From positions 1 through 62,796 of the forward strand of contig JAKSOW010000002.1 in assembly GCA_024405395.1 (NCBI GenBank): 62,796 nt of DNA, read 5' to 3'. The position numbers were made by a program, and so were the translations under genes. A model generated the notes under the pieces. The model did no database searches. It was given only the letters and a program-made list of their open reading frames with translations, and was not told the origin of the DNA. Within the stretch, counting starts at the first letter, position 1; each line of letters begins with the position of its first letter. Below are positions 32,884 through 43,900 of the stretch, piece after piece. This DNA comes from Kiritimatiellia bacterium. Its GTDB lineage: Bacteria > Verrucomicrobiota > Kiritimatiellia > RFP12 > UBA1067.

Positions 32884-35400
32884 ATGAAGAACATGCTTCT
32901 GATTGCCGCGGCTTTCGCAGCGGCTACCAGCTGCGCCAAGGTGGCGCCTGGCGAAAACATCATTCTCAATGGTCGCTTCGACAGCGATCAGATGGAGGTG
33001 CCGCCTTTCTGGCATGTCGCGGACGCCGGCAAGAGTGGCCTGGTGTGTGACCCGTCAGGCGGACCTGGCGGCGTGCCGTCGGTCAAATTCGCCAATCCAG
33101 GCCCCGAGGTGAAATCCTTCACCCTGCGCCAGTTCGATCTGACCCTGGTGCCCGGCGCGAAGTACCGTCTTTCCGCCAAGATCCGCACGCGGGACTTCAG
33201 CTCGAAGCATGCGGGATTCATGGTGATCAATGCGGGGTGGCACAAGACGGTTTCGGTGGGCGCCATTGCCCCCACGCAGGAATGGAAGTCCTACACGCGC
33301 GACGTCGTGATGGTACCGTCCAAGGACGAAAAGGCCTACTCGGTCGCACTCTACGCCGGCAAATGCACAGGCGAGATCGAAGTCGCCGATGTGCGGCTGG
33401 AGGCGTTGGATGACGCCGCCTGCGCGGGATCGTGCGCGACTTCGTCCGCAGGTGATCCGCGTCAGCCGCGGTTCGTGCCCATGAAGCCGCTCCTGGCGCG
33501 TATTCCGCGAGATCGGCGCGAGGTGCTGTTCCGTCTGTACGGCGTCTTGCCCGGCGCCGCGGCGGACTACGACGTGGTACTTTCCGCGGAAGGGGCGCCT
33601 GCGCCTACGCGCCGTGCATTGCGGGAAGGGGACAACCTGCTGCCGCTGCCTGACGGTGCTTTCGAGGGAAAACTCTCGGTGGCGCTTGTTCGGCGCGCAG
33701 ACGGCCAGGAGGTGCTGCGCGACCACCATCGCTTTGCTGTTGTGGATGTGCCCGCGCAGGCGGTGGACAGCGGTCGCCGCCTCAACAATCTCGTCATCGA
33801 GCTTGTCAATGAGCAGGTGGCAAAGGAAGAGGCCTCGTATTCCTTCTCATTGGCGAATGACGCCTGGGTGTTCATCTCGGCGGGCAAGGCAGGGGCCTCG
33901 GTGAAGCTGGATGGGCGTGCTGTGATTGATGGCGAGGCCCTTCGGGGCGAGACGTTCCGCCAGGCCAAGGCGGGTTCACATACCCTGACGGTGAAAGGCA
34001 ACCAGGGCGCGAAGCTGGTGGCGCGCAAAGTTCCCGACATCTTCAACTATCCGGTCTGCGTCAATAGCCATGTCAAGGAAAATGGCCTCTATGATTGGGC
34101 TTTTGCCGAAAAGCACGTCTTCCCGGCCTCCAACACCCAGAATGGTGGCGTGATGCCGAACGAGAAGATACCGCTTTTCCACCGGCGTGGCGGCGTGTGG
34201 TTCGCGAATCTGGGCACAACGTCGATCGCCGACGGCGACGACCTCGTGCGCCGCCTGAAGGGATCGCCCGGCATCACCGATGCTCGGTATGACGGCGTCA
34301 CCTGCGACGAGCAGTTCTTCGGCAAGCCCGGCAAGATTGCGGACTATGCCAAGGGCCTCAAGGCCTTCAATGCCGACTACACGGGCGATCACATCGTCTA
34401 CACCTGGATTGTGGGAAAATCGGCTACGCCGGGCGTTGACCAGGAATTCGCCTCGGCCTGCGCGAATGCGTCGCGCGGACGCGGGCGGATGATTTCGGAG
34501 ATCTACTGCCGCACCAAACCCACCGAAGCGGCGGCGCGCGAATACCTGGATGACTACCTTACGGGCACCATGACGATGTTTGCGGAGCTTTTCCCTGAGG
34601 CCACCAAGTCCACGGGCATCATTCTCGGCAACTTCAACCAGGTTCCCGTCATCTCGCTACAACACCATCCGGAAGTGGACTACAAGTACTATCTCGACCT
34701 GCAGCTGAACATCATCGCCAACAATCCCGCGTTCAGGGATTTGGGATGTACGGGCTACTGGGGCAGCTACTACGCCGACCGGGAGCTCCACATCTGGTCG
34801 ATGCAGCTGCTGCGTCATTATTGCGTGGAGGGGCACACGGCGATGCTGTCGGACAAATACGGCTACACCTACCTGCCAGGGCATCTCACCAACGGCGACT
34901 TCCGCGAATCGCTGGACGGATGGTCCGTGACCGGCGCGGTCACGCGCGAAGAGGTGGCGGGCTTTGGCGACAAGAGCGAACGTCGCTGGGGGCGTGCCGG
35001 CGGCATTGGCGATGCGTTCGCCACGCTGACGAAGAAGTCGGGCCAGACGGCTCTGCTCGTGCAGCAGGCAAAGGGGCTTGTGCCGGGACGCCTCTACTGT
35101 CTGCAGGGATGCGTCTTCGATGCGCAGCACGCTCGGGCGCGCCTCGCCCAGCCGCGTCGCATTGAACTGGAGCTGGAGACCGGCGCGGGGGCCGAGGTCC
35201 AGCCTGCGCTCACGTGGCGCCACATCGACCGCCGGGTCGACAAGAAGCACAAGGACGGCGCTTTTGTGAATCTGGTGCACGTGGTCTTCAGGGCCACGGC
35301 TCCAGAGGCGACTGTGCGCATCTCCAATGCCGCGGCGCCAGATGGATCGGAGCTGGGCGTCAATTATGTGTCGCTCAATCCCTATCATCCCGAAGATTGA
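32884..35400 (+). CDS. hypothetical lipoprotein with N- and C-terminal CBM4/9-like (galactose-binding-like) modules
   Basis: MKNMLLIAAAFAAATSC has a lipobox. ENIILNGRFDSD...PPFWHV and HLTNGDFRESLDGWSV are CBM-like openings. The central domain is unassigned. Confidence 0.45.
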   Translation: MKNMLLIAAAFAAATSCAKVAPGENIILNGRFDSDQMEVPPFWHVADAGKSGLVCDPSGGPGGVPSVKFANPGPEVKSFTLRQFDLTLVPGAKYRLSAKIRTRDFSSKHAGFMVINAGWHKTVSVGAIAPTQEWKSYTRDVVMVPSKDEKAYSVALYAGKCTGEIEVADVRLEALDDAACAGSCATSSAGDPRQPRFVPMKPLLARIPRDRREVLFRLYGVLPGAAADYDVVLSAEGAPAPTRRALREGDNLLPLPDGAFEGKLSVALVRRADGQEVLRDHHRFAVVDVPAQAVDSGRRLNNLVIELVNEQVAKEEASYSFSLANDAWVFISAGKAGASVKLDGRAVIDGEALRGETFRQAKAGSHTLTVKGNQGAKLVARKVPDIFNYPVCVNSHVKENGLYDWAFAEKHVFPASNTQNGGVMPNEKIPLFHRRGGVWFANLGTTSIADGDDLVRRLKGSPGITDARYDGVTCDEQFFGKPGKIADYAKGLKAFNADYTGDHIVYTWIVGKSATPGVDQEFASACANASRGRGRMISEIYCRTKPTEAAAREYLDDYLTGTMTMFAELFPEATKSTGIILGNFNQVPVISLQHHPEVDYKYYLDLQLNIIANNPAFRDLGCTGYWGSYYADRELHIWSMQLLRHYCVEGHTAMLSDKYGYTYLPGHLTNGDFRESLDGWSVTGAVTREEVAGFGDKSERRWGRAGGIGDAFATLTKKSGQTALLVQQAKGLVPGRLYCLQGCVFDAQHARARLAQPRRIELELETGAGAEVQPALTWRHIDRRVDKKHKDGAFVNLVHVVFRATAPEATVRISNAAAPDGSELGVNYVSLNPYHPED

Positions 35401-35410
35401 GGCCTGAAAG

Positions 35411-37735
35411 ATGTTGGCTATGAAGACTAGGACGCTACTTGGAATTCTGGCGCTTTCCTGTGTGGGCGCGTGGGGACAGGCCGTGCACGCCGCCGATGCC
35501 TTCACGGTGGCCGTGAGGGGCGAGAAGCCCACCTGCACGATCGTGGTGGCCACAAATGCCTCACCCACCGTGCGCCGTGCCGCCGAAGAGCTGCGCGCCT
35601 ACACGGAAAAGATGACAGGCGTCACGCTACCCGTGGCCGCAGTTGCCAAGCCGGGCACGGCTGCCTTGGTTCTTGAGGAGACTGATCGCCATGGGGTGGA
35701 TGGCTTCGCGCTGAAGGGGGATGCGCGGCAGTTGGTCGTTTCGGGCGGCCGTCGGGGTGTGCTGTATGGCGCCTGGGAGCTGCTGGAGGAGTATGGCGGG
35801 TGCGGCTGGTTTGCCTCGTGGCAGGAAATCGTGCCCACCTGCGCGCGCTTCGTCGTGCCGCTGCCGTTGGACGTGGTGCGCAAGCCGGCCTTCCGCATGC
35901 GCGACCTTTCCTATCAGGATGTCAACCGTAATCCGCTGCTGGCGGCGCGGCTGCGGCTGAACGGACCGCGGACGCATTTTCCCGCGGAGTTGGGCGGGCC
36001 CTCCGAATATGCCTTTGACAATCAGCTCGGCGTCTGCCATACGGTGACGCGCATTCTGCCGCCGGCCGAGTTTGCGAAGACGCATCCGGAATACTACGGA
36101 CTTGTGGACGGCAAGCGCATTGTCGACGAGGAACGGCGGCCGCAGCTCTGCCTTACGAATCCTGATGTGCGGCGCCTGTCGAAGGAGCGTGTGCTGAAGC
36201 GTATCCGAGCGAATCCGTGCTGCAAGTATTTCGGCATCAGCCAGGGTGATTCCACGCGCACCCTGTGTCAGTGCGCCAACTGCAAGGCTTCCGACCACAA
36301 GTATGGCGATGCGCCCTCGGGCACGTTTTTGGCGTATGTGAACGAAATCGCCGAGGCCGTCGAGAAGGAGTTCCCGGATGTCGTGATCGAGACGCTGGCG
36401 TACCGCTACACGCGCAAGCCGCCCGTGGGCATTGTGCCGAGGCGCAACGTGATGCCCTGCTTCTGCACGATCGAGTGCGATTTCTCGCGTCCGATTCCCG
36501 AGAGCGACTTCGCGGAGAACGTGGCGCTCGTGAAGGACATCCGCGAATGGCGCAAGATATCGCCTTACTTGTATGTGTGGGACTATACGGTGAATTTCAG
36601 CCACTACCACTATCCGTTCGCGAACTTCAGGGCGCTTCAGGGCAATCTGCGATTCTTCCGCGAATGCGGTGTGGAGCAGATTTTCGAACAGGGAGACAGT
36701 CTGGGGCTGCATGCCTGGTTCGGCGAGTTGCGCGCCTGGCTGCTGGCGAAACTGGAATGGAATCCCGACGCCGATGTGCCCGCGCTGCTGGATAGGTTCT
36801 TCAAGGGATACTATGGTGCGGCTTCGGACTTGGCGCGTGCCGACTTCGAGGCGGCGCATGCCCTGGGGCGCGGCGGCGCCGCCGATCCGGTGACGATCTA
36901 CGAGCGTGTTGACTGCACGAATCTACCGAATGCGTTCCTGGCCGCGTCAGACGCGCGTTGGGCCGCGGCGGCGAAACTGGTGAGGAACGATCCCGTGCGG
37001 GCGTCCAATGTCGCCTGGGCGCGTCTCTGCGTGGATTATGCGCGCGTCATGCGCCATATCTCCACGCACAAGGATCCGCCGATCTTCGCGTCCCGCCATC
37101 CCGAACGTTTCCGCACGCCGGAGGCCTTGGAGATGCAGGCGGCCGGTCAGCGCATCGCGTCGTTCATGAATGGCGCCGTCAAGCCACGCTTCAGCGAAGG
37201 AAAGGGCAGCAATGAGGCAATATGGAAGCGCCTTTCGTCCTTTGTGGCCGCACCCCTGCCGGAACATCCGGTCGAGAAGGTCACACTGGGCGTCAGGGAG
37301 TTCAATGTGGCGTCAATTCGCGCCAAGGTGGTGCGCGATGAAACGGCGCATGGCGGCCAGGCGTATCTCTTCCCGAACACGCACCATCAGTGGTCTGGGC
37401 ATCTGTATGCCAACTCGATGATGCTCGACCCCGGGGCGAAGTTCCGTGTGCGCATTCATCTCAAGGCCTACCTGCCGACCGATGCGGTCGGAGAAGTGTT
37501 CCGTGCGGGCGTGTACAACTACGATCTGAAGAAGGCCATTGTCCGTGACAACTGCATCAAAGTCGAGAAGATAAAGCCTGGTGAATGGCAGTGGATCGAC
37601 CTTTTCGTCTGGGAGCCGAAGGGTGTGGACATGTTCTGGGTGAGTCCTGGCGTGTTCGACACGAAACGGTATCCCGAGAGCCCCGCCTTCACTTCGGTCC
37701 TGTTGGATGCCATAGAACTGGAACGCGTGGATTGA
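35411..37735 (+). CDS. secreted DUF4838-type glycoside-hydrolase-like protein (second copy)
   Basis: Signal peptide (MLA)MKTRTLLGILALSCVGAWGQAVHA. CTIVVATNASPTVRRAAEELRAYTEKMTGV, DGFALKGDARQLVVSGG and GVLYGAWELLEEYGGCGWF match the typical DUF4838 N-terminal architecture. Confidence 0.55.
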   Translation: MLAMKTRTLLGILALSCVGAWGQAVHAADAFTVAVRGEKPTCTIVVATNASPTVRRAAEELRAYTEKMTGVTLPVAAVAKPGTAALVLEETDRHGVDGFALKGDARQLVVSGGRRGVLYGAWELLEEYGGCGWFASWQEIVPTCARFVVPLPLDVVRKPAFRMRDLSYQDVNRNPLLAARLRLNGPRTHFPAELGGPSEYAFDNQLGVCHTVTRILPPAEFAKTHPEYYGLVDGKRIVDEERRPQLCLTNPDVRRLSKERVLKRIRANPCCKYFGISQGDSTRTLCQCANCKASDHKYGDAPSGTFLAYVNEIAEAVEKEFPDVVIETLAYRYTRKPPVGIVPRRNVMPCFCTIECDFSRPIPESDFAENVALVKDIREWRKISPYLYVWDYTVNFSHYHYPFANFRALQGNLRFFRECGVEQIFEQGDSLGLHAWFGELRAWLLAKLEWNPDADVPALLDRFFKGYYGAASDLARADFEAAHALGRGGAADPVTIYERVDCTNLPNAFLAASDARWAAAAKLVRNDPVRASNVAWARLCVDYARVMRHISTHKDPPIFASRHPERFRTPEALEMQAAGQRIASFMNGAVKPRFSEGKGSNEAIWKRLSSFVAAPLPEHPVEKVTLGVREFNVASIRAKVVRDETAHGGQAYLFPNTHHQWSGHLYANSMMLDPGAKFRVRIHLKAYLPTDAVGEVFRAGVYNYDLKKAIVRDNCIKVEKIKPGEWQWIDLFVWEPKGVDMFWVSPGVFDTKRYPESPAFTSVLLDAIELERVD

Positions 37736-37762
37736 CGAGGTGTCATGAACCCAGTTGACGAC

Positions 37763-37795
37763 TGGTGATTTCAGTTGCCATCACCACGTTTTTTT
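37763..37795 (+). terminator. intrinsic terminator
   Basis: TGGTGAT (37763-37769) pairs with ATCACCA (37780-37786) around a 10-nt loop, followed by CG and a T7 run (37789-37795). Confidence 0.6.
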
Positions 37796-37837
37796 GGTTA
37801 AATATTCCAAAATTTCATCTACCAACAAGGAGCGAAA

Positions 37838-38767
37838 ATGAACGGAATCAATCGTCGTGGTTTTCTGGGTCTCACGGCTGCTGCCGCTGCGGCGGGCTGC
37901 GCCAGCGACAAGTGCTGCACGGGCAGCAAATGCTGTGCGGGTGACAAGGGACGCATGCTCTTCGGCGCGTGCCGCGGTCTCGATGCGGTGCCGCTGATGA
38001 AGAAGATCGGCTATGATTTCTTCGAGTCCAGCGTGCCGGCCATGCTGCAGCCCGAAAAGTCCGACGCCGAATGGGCCAAGCAGCGCGACGCCATCCTCGC
38101 GGCGCCGTTGCCGCTGCGTTCCTGCAATGGCTTCATTCCGGGCAAGTTCCGCCTCACGGGGCCCGAGGCGAAGTTCGACGACGCGCTGGTCTTCGCGGAG
38201 ACCGCCTGCCGCCGTGCGGACATCGTCGGCGTCAAGACCATCGTGTTCGGTTCGAGCGGTGCGCGCAACGTGCCGGGTGACCTGCTCGCGAAGGACAAGA
38301 AGGACCGTCCCGACACCGAGAAGGGCGTGGAGCAGTACACCGAGTTCTGCCGCCAGCTGTGCAAGCGCATCGCCGACTGCAAGGTGACGATCGTCATCGA
38401 GCCGCTGCGCCCGAACGAGTCCAACATCATCAACTACGTGTGGCAGGGCCTGCAGATTGTCGAGGACGTCAATTCGCCGCGTCTGCGCCAGCTCGCGGAC
38501 CTCTTCCATATGCTCTGCGGCCGTGAGAGCGCCTGCTCGATCGTCAAGGCAGCCGATCGCTTGATGCACTGCCACATCGCCGCCAAGGGCACGCGCCTCT
38601 TCCCGGGTTCGGACGACACCAACTTCCAGCCCTACTTCGACGCGCTCAACAAGATCAACTACCGCGGTGGCGTTTCCTGCGAGTGCGGCTGGGGCGACAA
38701 GAAGGATCTCGAGAAGAATCTCATGACGGCCCTCGCGACGATGCGCAAGTTCGCGGGTCTCGCGTAA
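37838..38767 (+). CDS. Tat-signal lipoprotein, xylose-isomerase-like TIM-barrel (sugar phosphate isomerase/epimerase family)
   Basis: MNGINRRGFLGLTAAAAAAGC has a twin-arginine motif plus a lipobox, followed by the Cys-rich linker CCTGSKCC. IVIEPL...NIINY and HCHIAAKG are typical of the AP-endonuclease-2/xylose-isomerase-like fold. Confidence 0.6.
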   Translation: MNGINRRGFLGLTAAAAAAGCASDKCCTGSKCCAGDKGRMLFGACRGLDAVPLMKKIGYDFFESSVPAMLQPEKSDAEWAKQRDAILAAPLPLRSCNGFIPGKFRLTGPEAKFDDALVFAETACRRADIVGVKTIVFGSSGARNVPGDLLAKDKKDRPDTEKGVEQYTEFCRQLCKRIADCKVTIVIEPLRPNESNIINYVWQGLQIVEDVNSPRLRQLADLFHMLCGRESACSIVKAADRLMHCHIAAKGTRLFPGSDDTNFQPYFDALNKINYRGGVSCECGWGDKKDLEKNLMTALATMRKFAGLA

Positions 38768-38784
38768 GCGCTGACCAGAAGGGA

Positions 38785-39174
38785 ATGAACCTCATGAAGA
38801 TCGAGAAGATTCTCTCCGTGATGGCGCTTTCCGCTGCGTTCTTCGCGGGAAATGTCGCCATGGCCGATGTGCCTCCGCCTCCGCCGCCCCATGCCCCGCA
38901 TGGCGTTCATCTGCGGCCGGGCATGATGTGGTGTTCGCATTGTGAAGGCCGCGGCACGCATGGCCGCTACTGGTATGGATTCCGCAAACCCTGCCACAAG
39001 TGCGGCGGTTCGGGCATGGTGCCGGCTCCGCATCCGCCGCATCACCCGCATCCAGGGGCGCACCATCCGGCTCCGCCGCCGCCACCTGCGGTGAAGCGTC
39101 CAGCGCCGCCACCTCCGCCCAAGCGCCCGGTTCCGCCGCCGCCGCCGGCCCCCAAGGGAGGTCCTCGTCGGTGA
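38785..39174 (+). CDS. small secreted Pro/His-rich protein with one DnaJ-type CxxCxGxG pair
   Basis: The ATG at 38785 gives the signal peptide MNLMKIEKILSVMALSAAFFAGNVAMA. The mature part is PPPPPPHAPHG...CSHCEGRG...CHKCGGSG...HPPHHPHPGAHHPAPPPPP...PPPPPKRPVPPPPP. Confidence 0.6.
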   Translation: MNLMKIEKILSVMALSAAFFAGNVAMADVPPPPPPHAPHGVHLRPGMMWCSHCEGRGTHGRYWYGFRKPCHKCGGSGMVPAPHPPHHPHPGAHHPAPPPPPAVKRPAPPPPPKRPVPPPPPAPKGGPRR

Positions 39175-39743
39175 GCGGCTTCACGCTGGAGAGCGTTGCA
39201 GCCGCATTGGAGAAGCGCGGTTTTGACGCCCGTGTGGTCGCCACGCGTGATGAGGCCCGGGCGATTGTCCTCAAGGCGGCCGAATCCGCCCAGGTCATCG
39301 GCATTGGGGGCACCGAGAGCGTAAAGGCTCTCGGTGTGCCTGAGGCCCTGTCTCAGGCCGGCAAGACGCTGATACGCGAAACGCCCTGCGATCTCTTTCT
39401 GCTGAGCGCGAATGCGCTCACGGCGGATGGCCGCATCGTCAATGTTGACGGCAACGGAAACCGTGTGGCGGCATCCATTCACGGTGCGGGCCATGTGCTC
39501 TACGTGATTGGCCGCAACAAGATTGTGGACGGCGGCATCGACGAGGCGCTGGCGCGCGTCAAGCGCTGTGCCTGCCCGCCGAATTGCCGGCGCCTCGGCA
39601 AGAAGACGCCGTGCGCGCTCACGGATACGTGTGCCGATTGCGATTCACCGGATCGCATCTGCAAGGTCACGGTCATCTTTGATCGTCGTCCCACAGGCGC
39701 GCCCACCACGGTGTTGCTCGTGGACGAAGACCTCGGCTACTGA
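39171..39743 (+). CDS. LUD-domain (lactate-utilisation LutC/YkgG-like) protein with C-terminal Cys cluster
   Basis: The GTG at 39171 overlaps the upstream stop (GTGA). VIGIGGTESV, LLSANALTADGRIVNVDGNGNRV and YVIGRNKIV are LUD-like. The tail is CACPPNC...C...C..C...IC. Confidence 0.6.
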   Translation: MSGFTLESVAAALEKRGFDARVVATRDEARAIVLKAAESAQVIGIGGTESVKALGVPEALSQAGKTLIRETPCDLFLLSANALTADGRIVNVDGNGNRVAASIHGAGHVLYVIGRNKIVDGGIDEALARVKRCACPPNCRRLGKKTPCALTDTCADCDSPDRICKVTVIFDRRPTGAPTTVLLVDEDLGY

Positions 39744-39761
39744 TCCGGGAAACGGCGACAG

Positions 39762-40943
39762 ATGAAGGCGCTTTGCTATTTCACGTTTTTTCTTTCGCCG
39801 TTTCTCGCTCTGGGAGTCCTTTATTTCCTCTACGTGCGCCTGCTGCGCGTCAAGTTGCGCTGGCAGGCGCTTGTTTTTGCGCTGTTGGCGATTGCCGTCG
39901 GAAAGAGCCTCTGGTTCAGCATCTTCGGCGATCACATGTTCTATCCGGACATCGCATCCGAGGTTGTCGTTGACGCCATAGGCTGCGCCTATTCCTATGC
40001 CATGCTGTTGGCGGGACTGGCGTTGATTCCTCCTTACCGGTGGCGCGGGCGTGGCGTGGTGCTGCCCGTGGTGGCCCTGTTGCTGATGGTGTGGGGATCC
40101 TACGAGGCCCTGCGGGTGCCGGATGTCGTACGCCGCGAGATCGTACTGCCCGGGCTGCCGCGGTCCTTTGACGGACTTCGTGTGGCGCAGATCTCGGATA
40201 TCCACTGCAGTCCTGCGGCACGTCGCCATTATGTGGCCGACATTGTCGAAACGGTCAATGCGCTCAAGCCGGACCTCATCTGCATCACGGGCGATTTTGT
40301 GGATGGACCGCCGTCATTGCGGTATGACGACCTGGCGCCGCTCAAGGACCTGAAGGCCCCGCTGGGGGTGTTGGGGTGTGCGGGCAACCATGAGTTCTAC
40401 TCCAATTATGCGCTGTGGCGGCCCATCTTCGAATCTTGGGGCATTCGCATGCTGGACAATGCGCATGTGGCCTTCACGAACGGAAACGACGTCATTGTCG
40501 TAGGGGGCGTTCTGGACAAGACGGGGACGCAATACCGGAAATGGGACGGGAAGTCCCGCAACGGATCTGGCGGTGATCCCGCCGGGCCTCTGCCGGAAGA
40601 TCCTGAAATGCCTGAGTTTGCCTGTTTTGACGCGCCCGATCCGGCCGTGGCATTTTCGAATGCGCCGCCGTCGACCTGTCGGATTCTTCTGCAGCATCGG
40701 CCGATCAACCTCTACACCAATGCGCTCAACGGCGTGAATCTTCAGCTTTCGGGCCATACGCACGGCGCGCCGCTTTGGGGAACAGGCCCCCTGATTGCCG
40801 CCATGAACGAGGGGCATGCCGTCGGTCTCCACCGTGAAGAGGGGCTGTCCCTCTATGTGACGCCTGGCGCCGGGCAGTGGGTTGGGTTCCCGATCCGTCT
40901 GGGCGTTCCCTCTGAGATTGCGCTGCTTACGCTGCGCAGATAA
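39762..40943 (+). CDS. membrane-anchored metallophosphoesterase (YkuE/YaeI-like)
   Basis: Several N-terminal TM helices, then the motifs ISDIHCS, ITGDFVDG, GNHEF and LSGHTHG. Confidence 0.75.
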   Translation: MKALCYFTFFLSPFLALGVLYFLYVRLLRVKLRWQALVFALLAIAVGKSLWFSIFGDHMFYPDIASEVVVDAIGCAYSYAMLLAGLALIPPYRWRGRGVVLPVVALLLMVWGSYEALRVPDVVRREIVLPGLPRSFDGLRVAQISDIHCSPAARRHYVADIVETVNALKPDLICITGDFVDGPPSLRYDDLAPLKDLKAPLGVLGCAGNHEFYSNYALWRPIFESWGIRMLDNAHVAFTNGNDVIVVGGVLDKTGTQYRKWDGKSRNGSGGDPAGPLPEDPEMPEFACFDAPDPAVAFSNAPPSTCRILLQHRPINLYTNALNGVNLQLSGHTHGAPLWGTGPLIAAMNEGHAVGLHREEGLSLYVTPGAGQWVGFPIRLGVPSEIALLTLRR

Positions 40944-40949
40944 CGGAAT

Positions 40950-43900
40950 ATGGATATGCATTATCTACGCTTCTCCGCCATGTTGGTTATGGCGGTTTCC
41001 TCTGTCGTTTGGGCGGATTCCCTGGAGGACGGATTCCGCAATCCGCCGCCGGAGGCGCGCCCGCACACCTGGTACCACATGATGAACGGCAATGTCACGA
41101 AAGCGGGCATCACGCGCGACTTCGAGGCATTGGCGGAAGCCGGTATCGGGGGTGTGCAGATGTTCGATGCGGGGTGCAACATCCCGCCGGGTGGGCTCGA
41201 CTTCAACTCGCCCGAATGGTTCGAGATGTTCCACCATGCCGCCGCCGAGGCACGCCGTCTGGGCCTGGAGATCTGCATTCCCAACTGTTCGGGCTGGTCC
41301 AGCTCGGGTGGGCCCTGGAATCCTGCCTCCAATGCGATGAAGCGCGTGGTCTTCACTGAAACGCATGTGATGGGGCCGAAGACATTTGTCGGCAAGCTGC
41401 CGCGTACGGGAAACGACAACGGATTCTACGACGACATCGCCGTGCTGGCCTTTCCGCGTCCGGCGTGTGAGCTGGATGCGACGAAACTTCCCGTGGGCAA
41501 GCTCACCACCGATCTGAAGCCTGAGGGGACGGGAGATGCCGCAAAACGCTTGGCGGATGGTTCGGGGAAGTCCGTGTTCACGCTGCGGCGTGGCGAGAAC
41601 AAGCCCAATGTCTTTACGCTTGCCTATGAGCAGCCCGTCACGGCGGTCGCGCTCACCTTTCAGATGGCGGGTGGCGATACCTGGAGTGGCCGCTATTGGC
41701 TCGCTCTGGAGGTTTCCCAGGAGGAGGGGGAGTTCCGGCCCGTGTTCCGTCGCAGCTTTGTGCATGCCCAATCGGGTGGTGCGGATACGGCCATACGCCA
41801 TGCCGCCTTCGGTAAGGCGCTTACGTTCCGCGCGTTGCGCGTGACGATCACGTGCCCGGAAGGCGGGTCGCATCCCGAACCCTACCTGCTTGGCGAACTG
41901 GCGCCAGTCAACTATCGCCGTGTCGCGGATGTGGCCGCCAAGACGTTTCAGATACGTCGGGGCGTGACATCCGATTCCATTGCGGCGGACTATGGGCAAG
42001 TGGTGCCCAAGGCGGCGATTCAGGATATTACGGCGAAAATGGCCTCGGACGGAACGCTGACGTGGCAGGTGCCGGCTGGCGCATGGTCAATTCTTCGCGT
42101 AGGATACATCTGCAATGGCCGCTGTAACCATCCTGCTTCCGACCATGGCCGCGGACTGGAGGTGGACAAGCTTTCGGCTTCGGCGATGGACTACCATTTT
42201 GAGCAGTATGTGGCGCGCCTCTGCCGTACGCTCGGCCCGCTTGCCGGTAACGTGAAGAGCGGATTCAACAACATTCTCGTGGACAGCTACGAAGTGGGGT
42301 CGCAGAACTGGACCCTGGGCCTTGAGCGGGAATTCATGCACCGTCAGGGCTATGACCTCAAGACCTACTTGCCGGCCTTTGCGGGCTATGTGGTGGAGAG
42401 CGTCGCGGAGACTGACCGCGCGCTGGAGGACTTCCGCCGTACGGTGGCGGATCTTTTTGCCGAAAACTATGCGGGGGCGCTCGCCGTGAAATGCCGCCAA
42501 TACGGCCTGCAGTGCTCGATTGAGCCATACGGGAACTGTCCGTCCGACAATCTGCAGTATGGCGAATATGTGGATATCCCCATGGGTGAGTTCTGGAGCG
42601 ATGCCTCCAATCCGTATCTCACAAGCGCCGGCAATTCAAAGTTCGTTTCGCACATTGCCCATGTGTGGGGTCGGAAGTTCTGCGCCACCGAGTCGTTCAC
42701 GGCCAGTCCTCGAGGTGGCGCGGGGCGCTGGCGCACCGTGCCGTTCTCCATCAAGGCCCAGGGCGACCGCGCCTATGCCCAGGGCATCAACCGCATCATC
42801 TACCATCGCTTTACGCATCAGCCATGGGCCGACGACAAGTATCTGCCTGGCATGACGATGGGGCGCTGGGGTATGCATCTGGACCGCACGCAGACCTGGT
42901 GGCCGTATGCGCAGCCCTGGTTTCTATACCAGACGCGCTGTCAGTATATGCTTCAACAGGGCACTTTCGCGGCTGATGTGCTCTTTTTCTGTGGTGAGCA
43001 GGCGCCCAATCAGGGTGGCAACACGGACGGCGGCGCCGAGTCCAGCCGATTTTTCAGTCTGCCGGAAGGCTATGACCATGACGTCTGCCCCACCGATGCG
43101 ATGTATGCGCTCAAGGTTGTGGATGGCCGTGTGGTGGTGCCGGGCGGCGTGTCCTATCGGCTGCTCGCGATCCCGCCGCTGGAGGCGATGACGCCGAAGA
43201 TGGTGCGTCAGATCGCCAAACTGCAGGCGGAAGGGGCTACCATCGTGTGGGCAAAGGCGCCGTCGCGCGCACCGGGACTGGCCTGTGGCGCCGCAGGGGA
43301 TGACGAGGTTCGGCGTCTGGCGGATGAGGTATTTGCCGCAGGTGCCTTCAAGGGGACGCCAGCTCAGGCGCTGAAGAAATTCGCCGTGTCGCCGGATGTG
43401 GTGGCTGTCGCCAGGACATTGCCACGCGGAATGGCGAACAACTGGGCGTGGTTGCACCGCCGTTCCTCCGCGGCCGACTGGTACTTTCTCTCGATGCCCA
43501 ACCGCGTGCGGGCCGAGGTGGAATTCTCCTTCCGCCAAAGTGGGCGTGTGCCCGAGCTCTGGAACGCCGAAACGGGGACGATGACGGCCGCACCCGTGTG
43601 GCGTGAAGAGGCGGGGCGCACATTCGTGACCGTGCCGCTGGAGGTCTGCGGCTCCATGTTTGTGGTGTTCCGCAAACCCGTGAAGGACAAGCATCTGGTT
43701 TCGTGTGCCGTTCAAGTTTCCGTGCCCAAGATGGCGGCCAAGGCCAGTTCGGATCTTGTGTTTCTCTCGGCTCTGTATGGTGTTGATGGTAGGAGGAAAG
43801 ACTTGACGGCCAAGCTCAATGCGATCGCCGCCCAGCAGGGGTGTGTGGACGAGATCGTGAACAATGTCCTGGCCGATGGCGACCCTGCCCCCAATGTGGT

